64,000 nt of DNA. It comes from an uncultured Nitrososphaerales archaeon (GTDB lineage: Archaea; Thermoproteota; Nitrososphaeria; Nitrososphaerales; Nitrososphaeraceae). Positions 1 through 10,371 of this stretch are shown piece after piece. Positions within the stretch are counted from its first letter, which is position 1. Each line of letters starts with the position of its first letter. The notes under the pieces were generated by a model. That model was not told the DNA's origin, did no database searches, and was given only the letters and a program-made list of their open reading frames with translations. A program made the position numbers and the translations under genes. The stretch is from positions 224,001-288,000 of the forward strand of contig CAVQMO010000010.1 of the NCBI GenBank assembly GCA_963713605.1, written 5' to 3'.

Positions 1-350
1 TGCGTTCTCTCCCTAGTTGCATCTAGCATTTGGATCGCGTTCCGTCGGAACAAATCCGACTTACCTTTAGAGCGTAAAGGGGAATGAAACTTTACTATTT
101 TTTAGATTAAACAATTCCAGGATAGGTAATAATGATGAAGTTGTTGTCGCTTGCTTGTTTGTCAGATAAACACGAGTTTTGCACTTTTAGTTTTGCTGGT
201 GCTACCGGCTGTCAATGCTCCTGCCATCACTGACTGCACTAGTTTTTAGGATCTTCGACTATTATTATATCAAGTAAATAATGCAATTATCATTAGGGTG
301 CTTGACAAACAATCATAGAGCACAGAGTGGAGCGATAACATTACTTGTGA

Positions 351-599
351 GTGTCGCTGCCACACTGTAAATCGGCGATAAAGAAGTTGTCCGGTACTAA
401 TGATCTACTACCAACTGAAGAAGAGATAAATAAATGGACCAAAAGGTCAAGGAAGGAAGGCATATGCGGTATAGTAAATTGCTTCAACAAGCAAATCACT
501 CAATGTAAAAAATGTACTAATTATTACTGTTCAGAACATTTTCCCTCGCACCTTGATTTAATACCAGATGGAGATCTTGAACATTCTGATACAAAATGA
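351..599 (+). CDS. Small zinc-finger protein (AN1/B-box-like Cys/His pattern)
   Basis: CGIVNC...CKKC..YYCSEH..H pattern in an 82-aa ORF. Confidence 0.65.
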   Translation: MSLPHCKSAIKKLSGTNDLLPTEEEINKWTKRSRKEGICGIVNCFNKQITQCKKCTNYYCSEHFPSHLDLIPDGDLEHSDTK

Positions 600-1468
600 A
601 GGTCTAGAGCGCTATATGGATGATGATGATGAAATTGATGACTCTAACGATTCAAACGAGGGTCTAGATGATGATTATATGGATTGACGTTACTAGTTAG
701 AGAGTAACGAAGTCGTGAGCGTGAAATCGCTTACGATATGACGTATCTGCAAGTACAGAAAATCATTATAGATTACATTTCCTATCATAAATTGGTTTGT
801 GGATTAAATTTCGAAGAAGCCAATATGAAAACATGTTAAATTACAAAAGTAACTCATTAATATTGAATTAATCCATTAATTACTTACAAGAGATCTAAAT
901 TTATGGCACTCCTTTGAAGATAAAATCCGAGTCGATATAATATATTCATTATTTTGTCAAATTTCTTTAAAATTAGGAGTTTTGTCACACGGATAAGGAT
1001 TTTGAAACTTCCCCTACTTGAAAGTTAATTAATAAAAGTTTATTTCGAAGGAATCAAACACAGCATAAATTTTAACTATGGTAACCAGCAATATTGATCG
1101 CGCAAAATGGAGACAAGTTTTGTGCGAATTCTGGGTTGAGGACGGGAGAGAATATAAAAATTTGAAAATGGAATCAGAGTCGGAAACAGACCATATTTCC
1201 ATCACAATAGGAGTATGGTCAAAGTAAGGATGGTTACGACGACTAGAAGTTATAAAACACACGGCGACACGATTGCAAGGCTCTAGCACATATTGATTGT
1301 TATGGATCGATGTCATATCCTATTATTTATCTGGAGTGAATTTAGATATAATCTGGAATAATGGATTTATGTGACTTCTGGACATAGTATTGTGATGAAT
1401 TAGACGTGATTAAGCTTGATTTTAAAAATATTGGATTACAGCTTTGTACATGCACATACATTGAAATA

Positions 1469-1672
1469 ATGACTGGGCTAGGAATTTCGTTGTACCTATT
1501 ATTCACGCAGAATTATACCCTCGCTGTATTTAGTGCGATTATATTTGCTCCTCTCATAGTATTCCATTACGTTATTTCAAGAATACCGAGTGGGAAATGG
1601 GAAAAGACATGTGATATTGGAAGTTGTGATTCAAGTTCAAGACGTTTGCATTTTACAAGAGCTTCATCGTAG
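1469..1672 (+). CDS. Small membrane protein, hypothetical
   Basis: Two hydrophobic segments, then WEKTCDIGSC; ATG 1469 preferred over GTG 1406. Confidence 0.45.
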   Translation: MTGLGISLYLLFTQNYTLAVFSAIIFAPLIVFHYVISRIPSGKWEKTCDIGSCDSSSRRLHFTRASS

Positions 1673-1855
1673 CTGTGACACGAATTAATCGGTATGGGGG
1701 TCGGCTGGTTGTCATGAATATACTGAATAGACAATACATAAATTATTCTGACGACGAATTGAAATTAATTTTGATCCTTTGATCTGACTTTTGTGAAATG
1801 TTATAATAATTTTCATCTCGATCAGCGGCGTTATTTTCAATCAGGGTCAACAACT

Positions 1856-2236
1856 CTATTTGTGACTTTTTGCTATTCCTCTTTCTATTTTCTTTTGTAT
1901 GTTGTCAAGAGCCATGATTATTTTGTATATCTGCTCTTTATCTTGGTGTTCTAGTCCATCCACTATATCCAGCCTTTCCTTGGTCAGTAGGCTAATGACC
2001 TTCTCCGCCTCATCCTTGAATAATTCAAGAGTTATTAACTCTGGTCGTGAAGAACCATTCAAATCATTTACACTGCGAAAGGGAATACCTACACTTTCAA
2101 ATAGATTCCCTATCTTCTTTATGTCTCCCTCGTCAATATGTATGTCCTCCTTTGCGATTATACTAAAACCAGATTTATCGATATTTCGTAGTGTGAGAGA
2201 CCTACGAGCAATAGAATACTCTAAGATTTTCGTCAT
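1856..2236 (-). CDS. Hypothetical protein
   Basis: 126-aa ORF with protein-like charged composition; the opposite-strand ORF looks like a shadow. Confidence 0.6.
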   Translation of the reverse strand: MTKILEYSIARRSLTLRNIDKSGFSIIAKEDIHIDEGDIKKIGNLFESVGIPFRSVNDLNGSSRPELITLELFKDEAEKVISLLTKERLDIVDGLEHQDKEQIYKIIMALDNIQKKIERGIAKSHK

Positions 2237-2488
2237 CCTTTCAATACTTCTTATTCACCTGTTTATTTCTTGTTTGTGTATACTTCCAAATATGGTTGGA
2301 TCAGCCTTGGGCCCAACCTAGTATTCAATAATATCAGTTTCGAATCAAAATTTCTCAATAGGATAGGGAAAAGGCATCATGGACTACGATTCAAATTAGA
2401 TGAGCCCGAAAGTAGCGTTATTTGTCATTCGAACTTGTTAAAATTATGAAGAGTACGCATCGACATCCTATAAACAGGATGCTTCACG

Positions 2489-2719
2489 TTGTTGGGATTC
2501 TTATATGCACCTGGGTTTTACATATTGATTGCGTACCTTACGGGTCAACATGTCTTAAATCTGGTATCTAGTCTAGTAATATGGTTTACAGCAATAGATT
2601 TGTTTATAGTTGGTCATGTCATTGAAGGTAATGTCGGAGCAATGACTTTGACTATGCTTTTTAAATATGCCCGATTCAAATTTACCAAAGCCAAAAAATT
2701 GCACACAATTCATATTTAG
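2489..2719 (+). CDS. Small membrane protein or fragment
   Basis: Hydrophobic helices and a basic tail; start uncertain. Confidence 0.35.
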   Translation: MLGFLYAPGFYILIAYLTGQHVLNLVSSLVIWFTAIDLFIVGHVIEGNVGAMTLTMLFKYARFKFTKAKKLHTIHI

Positions 2720-2824
2720 TTTAAGAATTAAAGAGTATCGCCTATAATGCAAAGAAACAAGGATTACCGTGACCAAATACCTGCTGTAAGTTTCCAAAGT
2801 CGGAATCATACCCATGTTACTATA

Positions 2825-4003
2825 CTACCGTAGTAGGACAGGCTGGGCATCAACATGTATGCGGAACAATGCATAAGGCTTTCGACGCAGATCCTGGCCA
2901 TTATGGAAGCGCCCCTGACGATGCAATTGATTTGCCGTAACATAAAGATATCCATTGGTTGCAAGCGAAAGTGTGTCAGGCCATAGGAGCCTAGGATCAT
3001 GGACTATCGTCTTCCATTCTCCTTCTAAAGATCGCTGCAGAATCGCATTGTGCTCATAGTTTGTAGCATAGATATTCCCTGCTGCATCTAATTCGAGTCC
3101 GTCTGATGCTCCACCTTTATCTCCTTCATCGATCACAGTAGCTGTCACCTCTTGGTCTTTGGCTGTCCGATCGACAAGTACATTGGTACTTACACTATAC
3201 AGCTTCCTACTGGCAAGTGCGCAATAGTAAAGACGTGAGCCATCTGCATTAATAGCAATACCATCTGAACCCATAGCAGCAGCTTGTGTCACTGATCCGT
3301 CAGGCTGACTTTTCAAGAATGGTCTTCCCTCAACGATGGGTAGAAAGGTCTGCAAATCTTCGGCTTTCGTAGAGTTATGGTCGTGAAGTCGGCGCCAGCT
3401 TTCTTTCGAAAATAGGTCTACAACTATGATTCCATTTGGTCCGTTTTGAGATGAATCTGTAATAAATGCAATGCCTTCCTTACCAATTCGGAGATCAAAG
3501 CGTACGTCATTGAGGTAGGTAGTAGACAGAGCCACATCAGGTGGAAAGAGAATTTTTTTGATAATATGATTCGTCTTCAGATCAATACAGACCAACTTCG
3601 GTCCACCGTACGAAGGAGGTTGAAACAAAGGACTACCAGTATCGAGAATCCATAGACGATCCGCAGGGTCCACTACAACTGATTGTACAGAAACGAGTGC
3701 TGCTGCTGGATCTTTAGGATCTGCCTGATTTATCTTCTCATCTGGATAGGCTATTATTTCTTTATTACAGATTTCCCCCACTGTAAACTGGACGTTATCA
3801 CCCCACTTAGGAAAGTTAATGAAGATTCGTCCTTGGTGTGAAACAGTGACGCCAGTAGGCATAGCGTCATTAAAATAAGCAATAGGCTCCAATGTACCGA
3901 TTGGTTCCTCAACTGGCAACTCGTTTGGTTTGATGTCTGGTCCAGACGATGATAATGATGATGATGTCAGTCCAGTTCCCTCTCGCGTGTTATCCTTTGG
4001 CAT
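2825..4003 (-). CDS. Major royal jelly protein / Yellow family beta-propeller (L-dopachrome tautomerase-related)
   Basis: MPTGVTVS..GRIFINFPKWGD, SVQSVVVDPADRLWILDTG, YLNDVRFD, GSDGIAI, WPDTLS motifs. Confidence 0.9.
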   Translation of the reverse strand: MPKDNTREGTGLTSSSLSSSGPDIKPNELPVEEPIGTLEPIAYFNDAMPTGVTVSHQGRIFINFPKWGDNVQFTVGEICNKEIIAYPDEKINQADPKDPAAALVSVQSVVVDPADRLWILDTGSPLFQPPSYGGPKLVCIDLKTNHIIKKILFPPDVALSTTYLNDVRFDLRIGKEGIAFITDSSQNGPNGIIVVDLFSKESWRRLHDHNSTKAEDLQTFLPIVEGRPFLKSQPDGSVTQAAAMGSDGIAINADGSRLYYCALASRKLYSVSTNVLVDRTAKDQEVTATVIDEGDKGGASDGLELDAAGNIYATNYEHNAILQRSLEGEWKTIVHDPRLLWPDTLSLATNGYLYVTANQLHRQGRFHNGQDLRRKPYALFRIHVDAQPVLLR

Positions 4004-4406
4004 ATATTATTACCTATTTAGGAATGTTCCACAAACTATCTAATACTTCCGCTTTCTATTCAAGCTTTATAATAACAGCGTTCTCTGTAACATCAAGCGA
4101 TGGACAGTCTATACCTGCCAATAATATCAATGTTGGCCGCACGGATTTTGTAGTATCAGCATCTTTAGTCGCTACTTACAATGGTACGGCTGTGTATAAC
4201 ACTCCCTGTACAACAAGGCTCAGTCATTTTTTTTATCGCACGAATAATTAATTGATTTATCTTTTATTGGATTCATGTATACTCCTAAGTTAATTGAATT
4301 ATTCTGAAAAGCGTTCTGCGCTCGCAAACACCATAACCTTTAAAATTGACTGACTAATTCCTGAGATTTTGGATAACATATTCATTTTCATTCACTACTG
4401 TAAAAT

Positions 4407-4444
4407 GTATTATATGGTATTATATAGTATTATATGATTATATG
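4407..4444. repeat. 10-bp tandem repeat GTATTATATR, about 3.8 copies
   Basis: gtattatatg gtattatata gtattatatg attatatg. Confidence 0.8.
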
Positions 4445-4541
4445 ATATCTTGGATTTATTCATCTAAAAATTGCCTTAGATGCAAAACACAATAGAACAC
4501 CCAAAGTAGATATATCTGAAATCAGAATAGTTATTGGATTT

Positions 4542-5021
4542 TTATTCTTCCACATCTACCTTAGGTGGATGCTTCTCTAACCACTCATATCCTCTCTTTG
4601 CAAGAAGCTCAAAATTCTCTCTGAACCTTGGGTCGTTCCATTGTTTTCTTATTCCATAGATAATTGGTTTAGCTCGCTCCCATTCCGGTTGCAGTCCTCC
4701 GTATCTATCGTAATAGAGATCTTCAGCAAGAAAACCATATTCGATAAGTAATCCTGCTAGTTCAAACTTTGAGGTGAATCTTTCAAACAATTGAAATTCT
4801 CTACTTCCTTGAGGATACTTGTTCTCGAACTCTTCAATAGTAGAGGGAATTTCATTTTGATGTAATTTGCTCCAGAACCATTGTGATGCCTCAAAATCAT
4901 AGCTCGTGTTATACTGATCTCCTAATCTTAATAATATATCCATATGCTCTATCGTTATTGCCTTTCTACGTTTTCCTAGTATACTCCTTCTTCTTCTTGC
5001 CTTATTCTTCGATTTGGCCAT
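4542..5021 (-). CDS. DUF4760-like protein with basic N-terminus
   Basis: LLRL...F..KYP..S.E...F...FELAGLLIEYG...DLYYD...W.RAKPIIYGIR...ENFELL; paralogue at 29891. Confidence 0.75.
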   Translation of the reverse strand: MAKSKNKARRRRSILGKRRKAITIEHMDILLRLGDQYNTSYDFEASQWFWSKLHQNEIPSTIEEFENKYPQGSREFQLFERFTSKFELAGLLIEYGFLAEDLYYDRYGGLQPEWERAKPIIYGIRKQWNDPRFRENFELLAKRGYEWLEKHPPKVDVEE

Positions 5022-5069
5022 TCCGTATGATAATAATAGTAATTGGACATAAATATATCTTAGACTATC

Positions 5070-5377
5070 TTAACGCAAGAGGCATGCAAGTAGTTCAATT
5101 CGATTAAGCTTTAAATCTCTGCTTGTTCTATTCGGTTCTTCTATCCTCTCATGAAATGCTTGATAGTGTTCTCGGTGGCCTGCAGGAGTATCCAATGTAG
5201 CATTGCATTCTGTATACACATATTTTGTAGCCGTGCTAGATACGACTTGTCTCTGATTAGTGTTTAATGAAGGAATTTTATGAAGTCTTCTAGTTGTTTC
5301 TGTTAATTGCTGATTTTCTTTTCGATTCTGAAATTGATAATTATCTCTATAAACAACTTTCCCTTTCCTTCACTCAA
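5070..5377 (-). pseudogene. Degenerate C2H2 zinc-finger protein
   Basis: Reads YV[Y]TEC-x12-H-x4-H with the first Cys codon as TAT; putative TTG start at 5377 is out of frame. Confidence 0.5.
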
Positions 5378-5524
5378 TTAATAATAGTTTAATAATACCA
5401 GCAATTGAAAAGACTTGATTTGTGGTTGAATCCAAAGATCATTGATACTGCTTCTTCTGAATCAAGCAGTACTTCGGAATATTTTATTGTAATACTGGCA
5501 AGACGCTCTGTTTAACACGCTGGA

Positions 5525-5665
5525 TTAACATGACGCAAAATACTCGGTCTGGTTCATTTTGTGTTTTTTCTTTTCCTTATGTTCATTTGCCTTAGTAGGC
5601 TCATCGAAAACTGCGTTACAATCCTCGCACCAAATAGTGTATTTTTTCTTACTAACTATAGTCAT
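5525..5665 (-). CDS. 46-aa C2H2 zinc-finger microprotein (absent from the ORF track)
   Basis: MTIVSKKKYTIWCEDCNAVFDEPTKANEHKEKKKHKMNQTEYFASC*: C-x2-C-x12-H-x5-H with the conserved Phe. Confidence 0.75.
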   Translation of the reverse strand: MTIVSKKKYTIWCEDCNAVFDEPTKANEHKEKKKHKMNQTEYFASC

Positions 5666-5962
5666 TGCACGGTAAAAATAGATGGAAGCTGTATTTAAAA
5701 TCGTGCGTCTAAAATTTACGCAAATTCAGAATTAGTTCGAACAAGCAGCTATCAGAAATATCAAAATAATTAGCTAGATTCATATCTCTGGAAATGATTC
5801 ATTAAACGTACTGTCTACACCAATTAACTCCATGATCTATAAAGGACCGTGTGCGGGGTAGATCAGATAGTACTGCCCATTCAAATTCAGTTAGAGAATA
5901 TTTGCTAATTCGATTTAATTATTGGCAAGCAAAATCGATTCTACATAATTTGTAAACACGAT

Positions 5963-6550
5963 TCAGTTATCTTCAGGATAAGGTTCTTCAACTACTTTTT
6001 CAATAGGCTCTCCAGTAGGTAATGGCGCATTTCTATCTACCTGATAACGAAAAACCTCGGGAAAGTCTATGTCCAATATCACGTTTCTCCCTACAGCTAT
6101 AATATGTGATTTTGGTATGTCAAATCTTTGGTTTGAATAACCAAATACGACTATCTTGTCAGGCGTTTCTTTTATTACGTATCCAATATCATCTTCATTT
6201 CTTGCTCTAACTCCCTTATTAAAAAGGGAATTGGGATATTTTCCTTCGTACGTAGAAAGATTTACCATACGATCATTTTCAGGCCAAGGATCCTGACGAC
6301 TTGTAGGCAATGGTTCTTTACGGCTAACCTTGTATTTTTTTTCGATCTCAGAAAAGGGAAGCCCTATCAGGACATTAGCACCTACTTGCTTAATTTCAGA
6401 TATCGGTATATCATATCTTTCATTCTTACCTCCAAATACAACTATCTTGTCAGGCGTTTCTCTTACTACGTGGCCTAAATCTGGAGCGTCAAGTGCTTTT
6501 ACTCCTTTATTGAAGTATTTGCCTGAGGTCAATTGTTGTTTTATGTTCAT
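5963..6550 (-). CDS. Protein with two tandem PRC-barrel-like repeats
   Basis: FNKGV.A....D.G.V..ETPDKIVVFG..N.R.DIP...I..VG.NV occurs twice. Confidence 0.8.
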   Translation of the reverse strand: MNIKQQLTSGKYFNKGVKALDAPDLGHVVRETPDKIVVFGGKNERYDIPISEIKQVGANVLIGLPFSEIEKKYKVSRKEPLPTSRQDPWPENDRMVNLSTYEGKYPNSLFNKGVRARNEDDIGYVIKETPDKIVVFGYSNQRFDIPKSHIIAVGRNVILDIDFPEVFRYQVDRNAPLPTGEPIEKVVEEPYPEDN

Positions 6551-6824
6551 TTCGTTCGAAATAAACCTTTCTTAAATTGTTCTCGTATTGCATTATAAGA
6601 GCATTAATTTAATTCGTCATCAAACCAAATTTTCAGGACTCTTTTAGGGCTTTTTGAGCAGTTACCAACCTACGTTAGTAAGTCGATGCACCGACTTTAG
6701 AAAGATCTATTTTGATAAACAGTAAAGAGGATCTTTAGTTAGTCATACCACTCCAAAATTACATGCCACAGCTGACTCGGTAAATGCAAAACCTTCTTAT
6801 CTTACCACTTACACAAAGAGGCGC

Positions 6825-8648
6825 ATGCAGGAACGAAAACCTGTATTGTTTACCGTAGATGATAATCCACAAGTATTGAAAGCTCTTGAACGTGATTTGA
6901 CCAAGCAATACAGGAATCGTTTTCGTATTGCTCAAGCAGAAGCTGGCCAGAAAGGTCTTGAAATAATAAAACAATTGGAATTGAGCAACGACGTGGTAGC
7001 TTTATTCTTGGCTGATCAAAGAATGCCTCAAATGACTGGAATTGAGTTCCTAGGGGCGACAATGGATATATTCCCTGATGCAAAGCGGGTCTTACTTACA
7101 GATTACGGCGATGCTAATGCCGTCATGAAGTCCATCAACAACAAAGTTAACATCGACTATTACTTGACGAAACCATGGGATCCGCCAGAGGTTCATCTTT
7201 ATCCTCCTTTCAATGATTTGTTGGACGACTGGTGGGCTTCATTCCGATCTCCATTTGAGGGGATTAAGGTCATTGGTTTAAGGTGGTCGCCCCGATCTCA
7301 TGAGATCAGAGAATTTCTGGCCAGAAATGGAGTACCATATCGATGGCTAGACATTGAAAATGCTGAAGAAGCTCGTCGTCTAGTTTCTTTGGTCATGACC
7401 AACGCAAAAAAAAGCCAGTCTCATGTTTCTAATGATAAGTATTTCAACGCTGGGATTTCTTCTACATTAATGGGTGATACCACTAGTGAGAATATTAGTG
7501 ACACTACACCCTCAGATATTACACCTATATCAGAGTCTTTTCATGATATCTCTTCATTACATCTACCAGTAGTAATTTTTCCTGATGGCACATACATGGC
7601 TGAACCAACCAACTCACAGCTTGCAGAAAAAATTGGCCTCAAGACTAGAGCACAGATGGCCTTTTATGATTTGATAATAATAGGTGGAGGTCCATCAGGA
7701 TTGGCAGCAGCAGTATATGGTTCCTCAGAGGGACTGCACACATTATTAGTTGAGAGACAGGCACCAGGAGGTCAGGCAGGGACTAGTTCTAACATAGAAA
7801 ACTATCTTGGTTTTCCTTCAGGTTTGACCGGTTCTAGCCTTGCCAGACGTGCCGTTGCTCAAGCCATTAAGTTTGGTACCGAGATTCTAGATCCACAGGA
7901 AGTTGTCGAGCTACGTATTGATGGTCAGTATAGAATCGCTAAATTAGGAGATGGAACAGAGATTAGATGCCATACAATGATTATTGCTTGTGGTGTAACA
8001 TATCGCATGCTTGATGATGTAAAGGGGATAGACAAGTTGACGGGAGCTGGGGTATATTACGGAGCATCTATGGTAGAGGCGTTAAACTACAAGGGACAAG
8101 ATGTCTATGTAGTTGGGGGAGCCAATTCTGCAGGACAAGCTGCAGTATATTTTGCAAGATATGCAAAACAGGTAACACTCATTGTTCGTAGTGATTCCTT
8201 AGAAAAGAAGATGTCTCAGTATCTAGTACATCAGATAAGCGAAACGAAGAATGTTAGAGTATGGTTGAATTTCGTAGTCACTGAGGTTAAGGGTGAAAAC
8301 AAACTCGAGAGACTCATAGTAACTAATATAAAAACAGGAGAGAAGCGAGATGTTCTAGCATCAGGCCTGTTTATATATATAGGCGCAGAACCCCATACAG
8401 ACTGGCTGAATGGGCTGATCAAACGTGATGTACACGGCTTCATTTTGACTGGCTCAGACTTACAGCAAGACGAACTTAAAAACCAAGGCTTGACGCTTGA
8501 TCGGCAACCTTCTTTGCTCGAAACTAGTATTCCGGGGGTATTCGCTGCTGGGGATGTACGTCATGGTTCGATCAAAAGGATAGCAGCAGGAGTGGGAGAA
8601 GGATCGACAGCTATTCAGTTGATACATCAATATTTAATGAATACTTAA
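6825..8648 (+). CDS. Receiver-domain-fused thioredoxin reductase-like FAD oxidoreductase
   Basis: REC motifs VDD/LADQRMP/TKPW; GGGPSG FAD site, GGANSA NADPH site, FAAGDVRHGS; no CxxC (YYGASMVEA). Confidence 0.92.
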   Translation: MQERKPVLFTVDDNPQVLKALERDLTKQYRNRFRIAQAEAGQKGLEIIKQLELSNDVVALFLADQRMPQMTGIEFLGATMDIFPDAKRVLLTDYGDANAVMKSINNKVNIDYYLTKPWDPPEVHLYPPFNDLLDDWWASFRSPFEGIKVIGLRWSPRSHEIREFLARNGVPYRWLDIENAEEARRLVSLVMTNAKKSQSHVSNDKYFNAGISSTLMGDTTSENISDTTPSDITPISESFHDISSLHLPVVIFPDGTYMAEPTNSQLAEKIGLKTRAQMAFYDLIIIGGGPSGLAAAVYGSSEGLHTLLVERQAPGGQAGTSSNIENYLGFPSGLTGSSLARRAVAQAIKFGTEILDPQEVVELRIDGQYRIAKLGDGTEIRCHTMIIACGVTYRMLDDVKGIDKLTGAGVYYGASMVEALNYKGQDVYVVGGANSAGQAAVYFARYAKQVTLIVRSDSLEKKMSQYLVHQISETKNVRVWLNFVVTEVKGENKLERLIVTNIKTGEKRDVLASGLFIYIGAEPHTDWLNGLIKRDVHGFILTGSDLQQDELKNQGLTLDRQPSLLETSIPGVFAAGDVRHGSIKRIAAGVGEGSTAIQLIHQYLMNT

Positions 8649-9024
8649 TACTATCATGTATTATTTTAAGAGCTGATTATCCTCATAACGGAGCCACAAA
8701 GCTTTTGAACTATATTTAATAAATTTGGCTCTATTAACTAAACGACTGCGAACTCCATGGGAAACATATTTTTAACAATTCTTTAACTCTTCCGTCGTTT
8801 GCCCGCTTCTGCCTATACTTCATCTACCATAACTTTGCAGAGGGTTTGAACTATCTCATCGGATACTTCAGTATAGCGCGGTAGACAAATCTCTAGTGAG
8901 GAAATAGCTGCAGGCATTTCAGTCAGCTTCACAGACATTGGTTGGGGAGGCAATTACAGTGATGGCAAGCAAAGGCAGTGAGATACATATTTTTATAGTT
9001 GCACTATCTTGGCTTATTCAGAAT

Positions 9025-9681
9025 ATGAGCAATAATGATGAAAAGCCCACAAAGATACTCATTGTGTTTTATAGCAGATATGGGAATACTGCGAGAATGG
9101 CAGAAGAGATTGCATACGGTGCAAAGGAGCTACCGAATATCAAGGTAACTATAAGAAGAATTGCTGATAATGTTCCGATGGAAGTAATTTCTAAGGATCC
9201 TGCATGGACAAAAATAGCTGAAGATATGAATGACAGATATCCAACCATATCGATAGAAGATGTAGTAAAAGAATTACCCAATAATGATGCAATAATTTTT
9301 GGATCTCCTACTCGCTTTGGAAATATGGCTGCACCCATGAAAAGTATGTGGGATGAAACGACCGAGCTGTGGACAACTGGTTCGCTAATAGGAAAGATCG
9401 GTGCTGTGTTTACTAGCGCCGCATCTGTACATGGAGGGCAAGAGACAACAGCAATCTCTATGATGTTTCCTATGTTTCATCACGGGATGATACTAGTTGG
9501 TGTGCCTTATTCTGTTGGAGAGCTGACGGAGAGTGGTAGTCCTTATGGTCCTAGTAGGATCGTTGGGAGATTAGCGAATCAGGAAATTCAGCAAGCTGAT
9601 ATTAGAGTTGCTAGAGCGTTAGGTAGAAGAGTTTCTGAAGTAACGAAGAAGTTTGTTCTTGGACAACTTCTTAAGTTGTAA
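9025..9681 (+). CDS. wrbA: NAD(P)H:quinone oxidoreductase, WrbA family flavodoxin
   Basis: FYSRYGNT, GSPTRFGNMA, HGGQETT, GSPYG; ATG at 9025. Confidence 0.93.
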   Translation: MSNNDEKPTKILIVFYSRYGNTARMAEEIAYGAKELPNIKVTIRRIADNVPMEVISKDPAWTKIAEDMNDRYPTISIEDVVKELPNNDAIIFGSPTRFGNMAAPMKSMWDETTELWTTGSLIGKIGAVFTSAASVHGGQETTAISMMFPMFHHGMILVGVPYSVGELTESGSPYGPSRIVGRLANQEIQQADIRVARALGRRVSEVTKKFVLGQLLKL

Positions 9682-9918
9682 CTAATAGTTAGGCGGATAC
9701 GAACGAGCTATTAGTTGTATCAAAAAGTGTTCCCCCTACACTTCTCATGGAGGGGATTTCACCCTTGAAGATCTCATAAGTTAAGGAGGTACTTTAGAAC
9801 CCAAACATCCTTCAACACTAATTACTAATGCATGCAAGTGCCTAAGCAAATATGAAAGTCAGAGAACTGTTCCTCCCTACCATTATTTATTCGAAAAACA
9901 AAAGCCCTAAGAAAATTA

Positions 9919-10371
9919 TTATTTTCCGTAATGTTCTATCTCATCTGCTGCTGGTTTTCTTTTACTCTCTCTGTTTATCACTTCACGAATTTTTTTCCAT
10001 ATTTTTCGCTCAAATTGATAAGCCATAAGCAATCCAACTGTGGTACCACCAACAGCTCCCAGTGGCCCTCCAACAATATAACCAGTGATACCGGGAATCA
10101 AGAGACTCTCGAACCATGAAGTTGATGTTACTTCGACGGCAAAGTCATTCGGATGACCAATGATGGAGACAGATATATCTCTCAGAGCGCCAGCGAGCAC
10201 TGTTAGAGATTTGTTTACTGCTGTAATGCCTCGGAGCGGCATTCCATTCATCTCACCTTTGATCTCGGAAACAATCTTCAGATTTTTTTCTTTGCTAAGT
10301 TCTTCTTTGATGCTATTGTACAAATTATCAATATTAGTATCAAGATTTATAAAATGTTCAATTCTTGCCAT
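9919..10371 (-). CDS. Hypothetical protein with glycine-zipper membrane segment
   Basis: MARIEHF... with a GYIVGGPLGAVGG helix; ATG 10371. Confidence 0.7.
   Translation of the reverse strand: MARIEHFINLDTNIDNLYNSIKEELSKEKNLKIVSEIKGEMNGMPLRGITAVNKSLTVLAGALRDISVSIIGHPNDFAVEVTSTSWFESLLIPGITGYIVGGPLGAVGGTTVGLLMAYQFERKIWKKIREVINRESKRKPAADEIEHYGK

Noticed and set aside
1029..1316. Short ORFs 1029-1316, 3949-4251, 15822-16016, 20593-20835, 56628-56918, 56948-57262 and 60124-60366
   Set aside because: No motifs or paralogues, and composition resembles random AT-rich sequence
1899..2321. Long opposite-strand ORFs (also 40921-41577, 42516-42971, 36415-36771, 54746-55240 and those inside cdc48 and fumC)
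   Set aside because: Antisense shadows of well-supported genes, with no recognisable motifs
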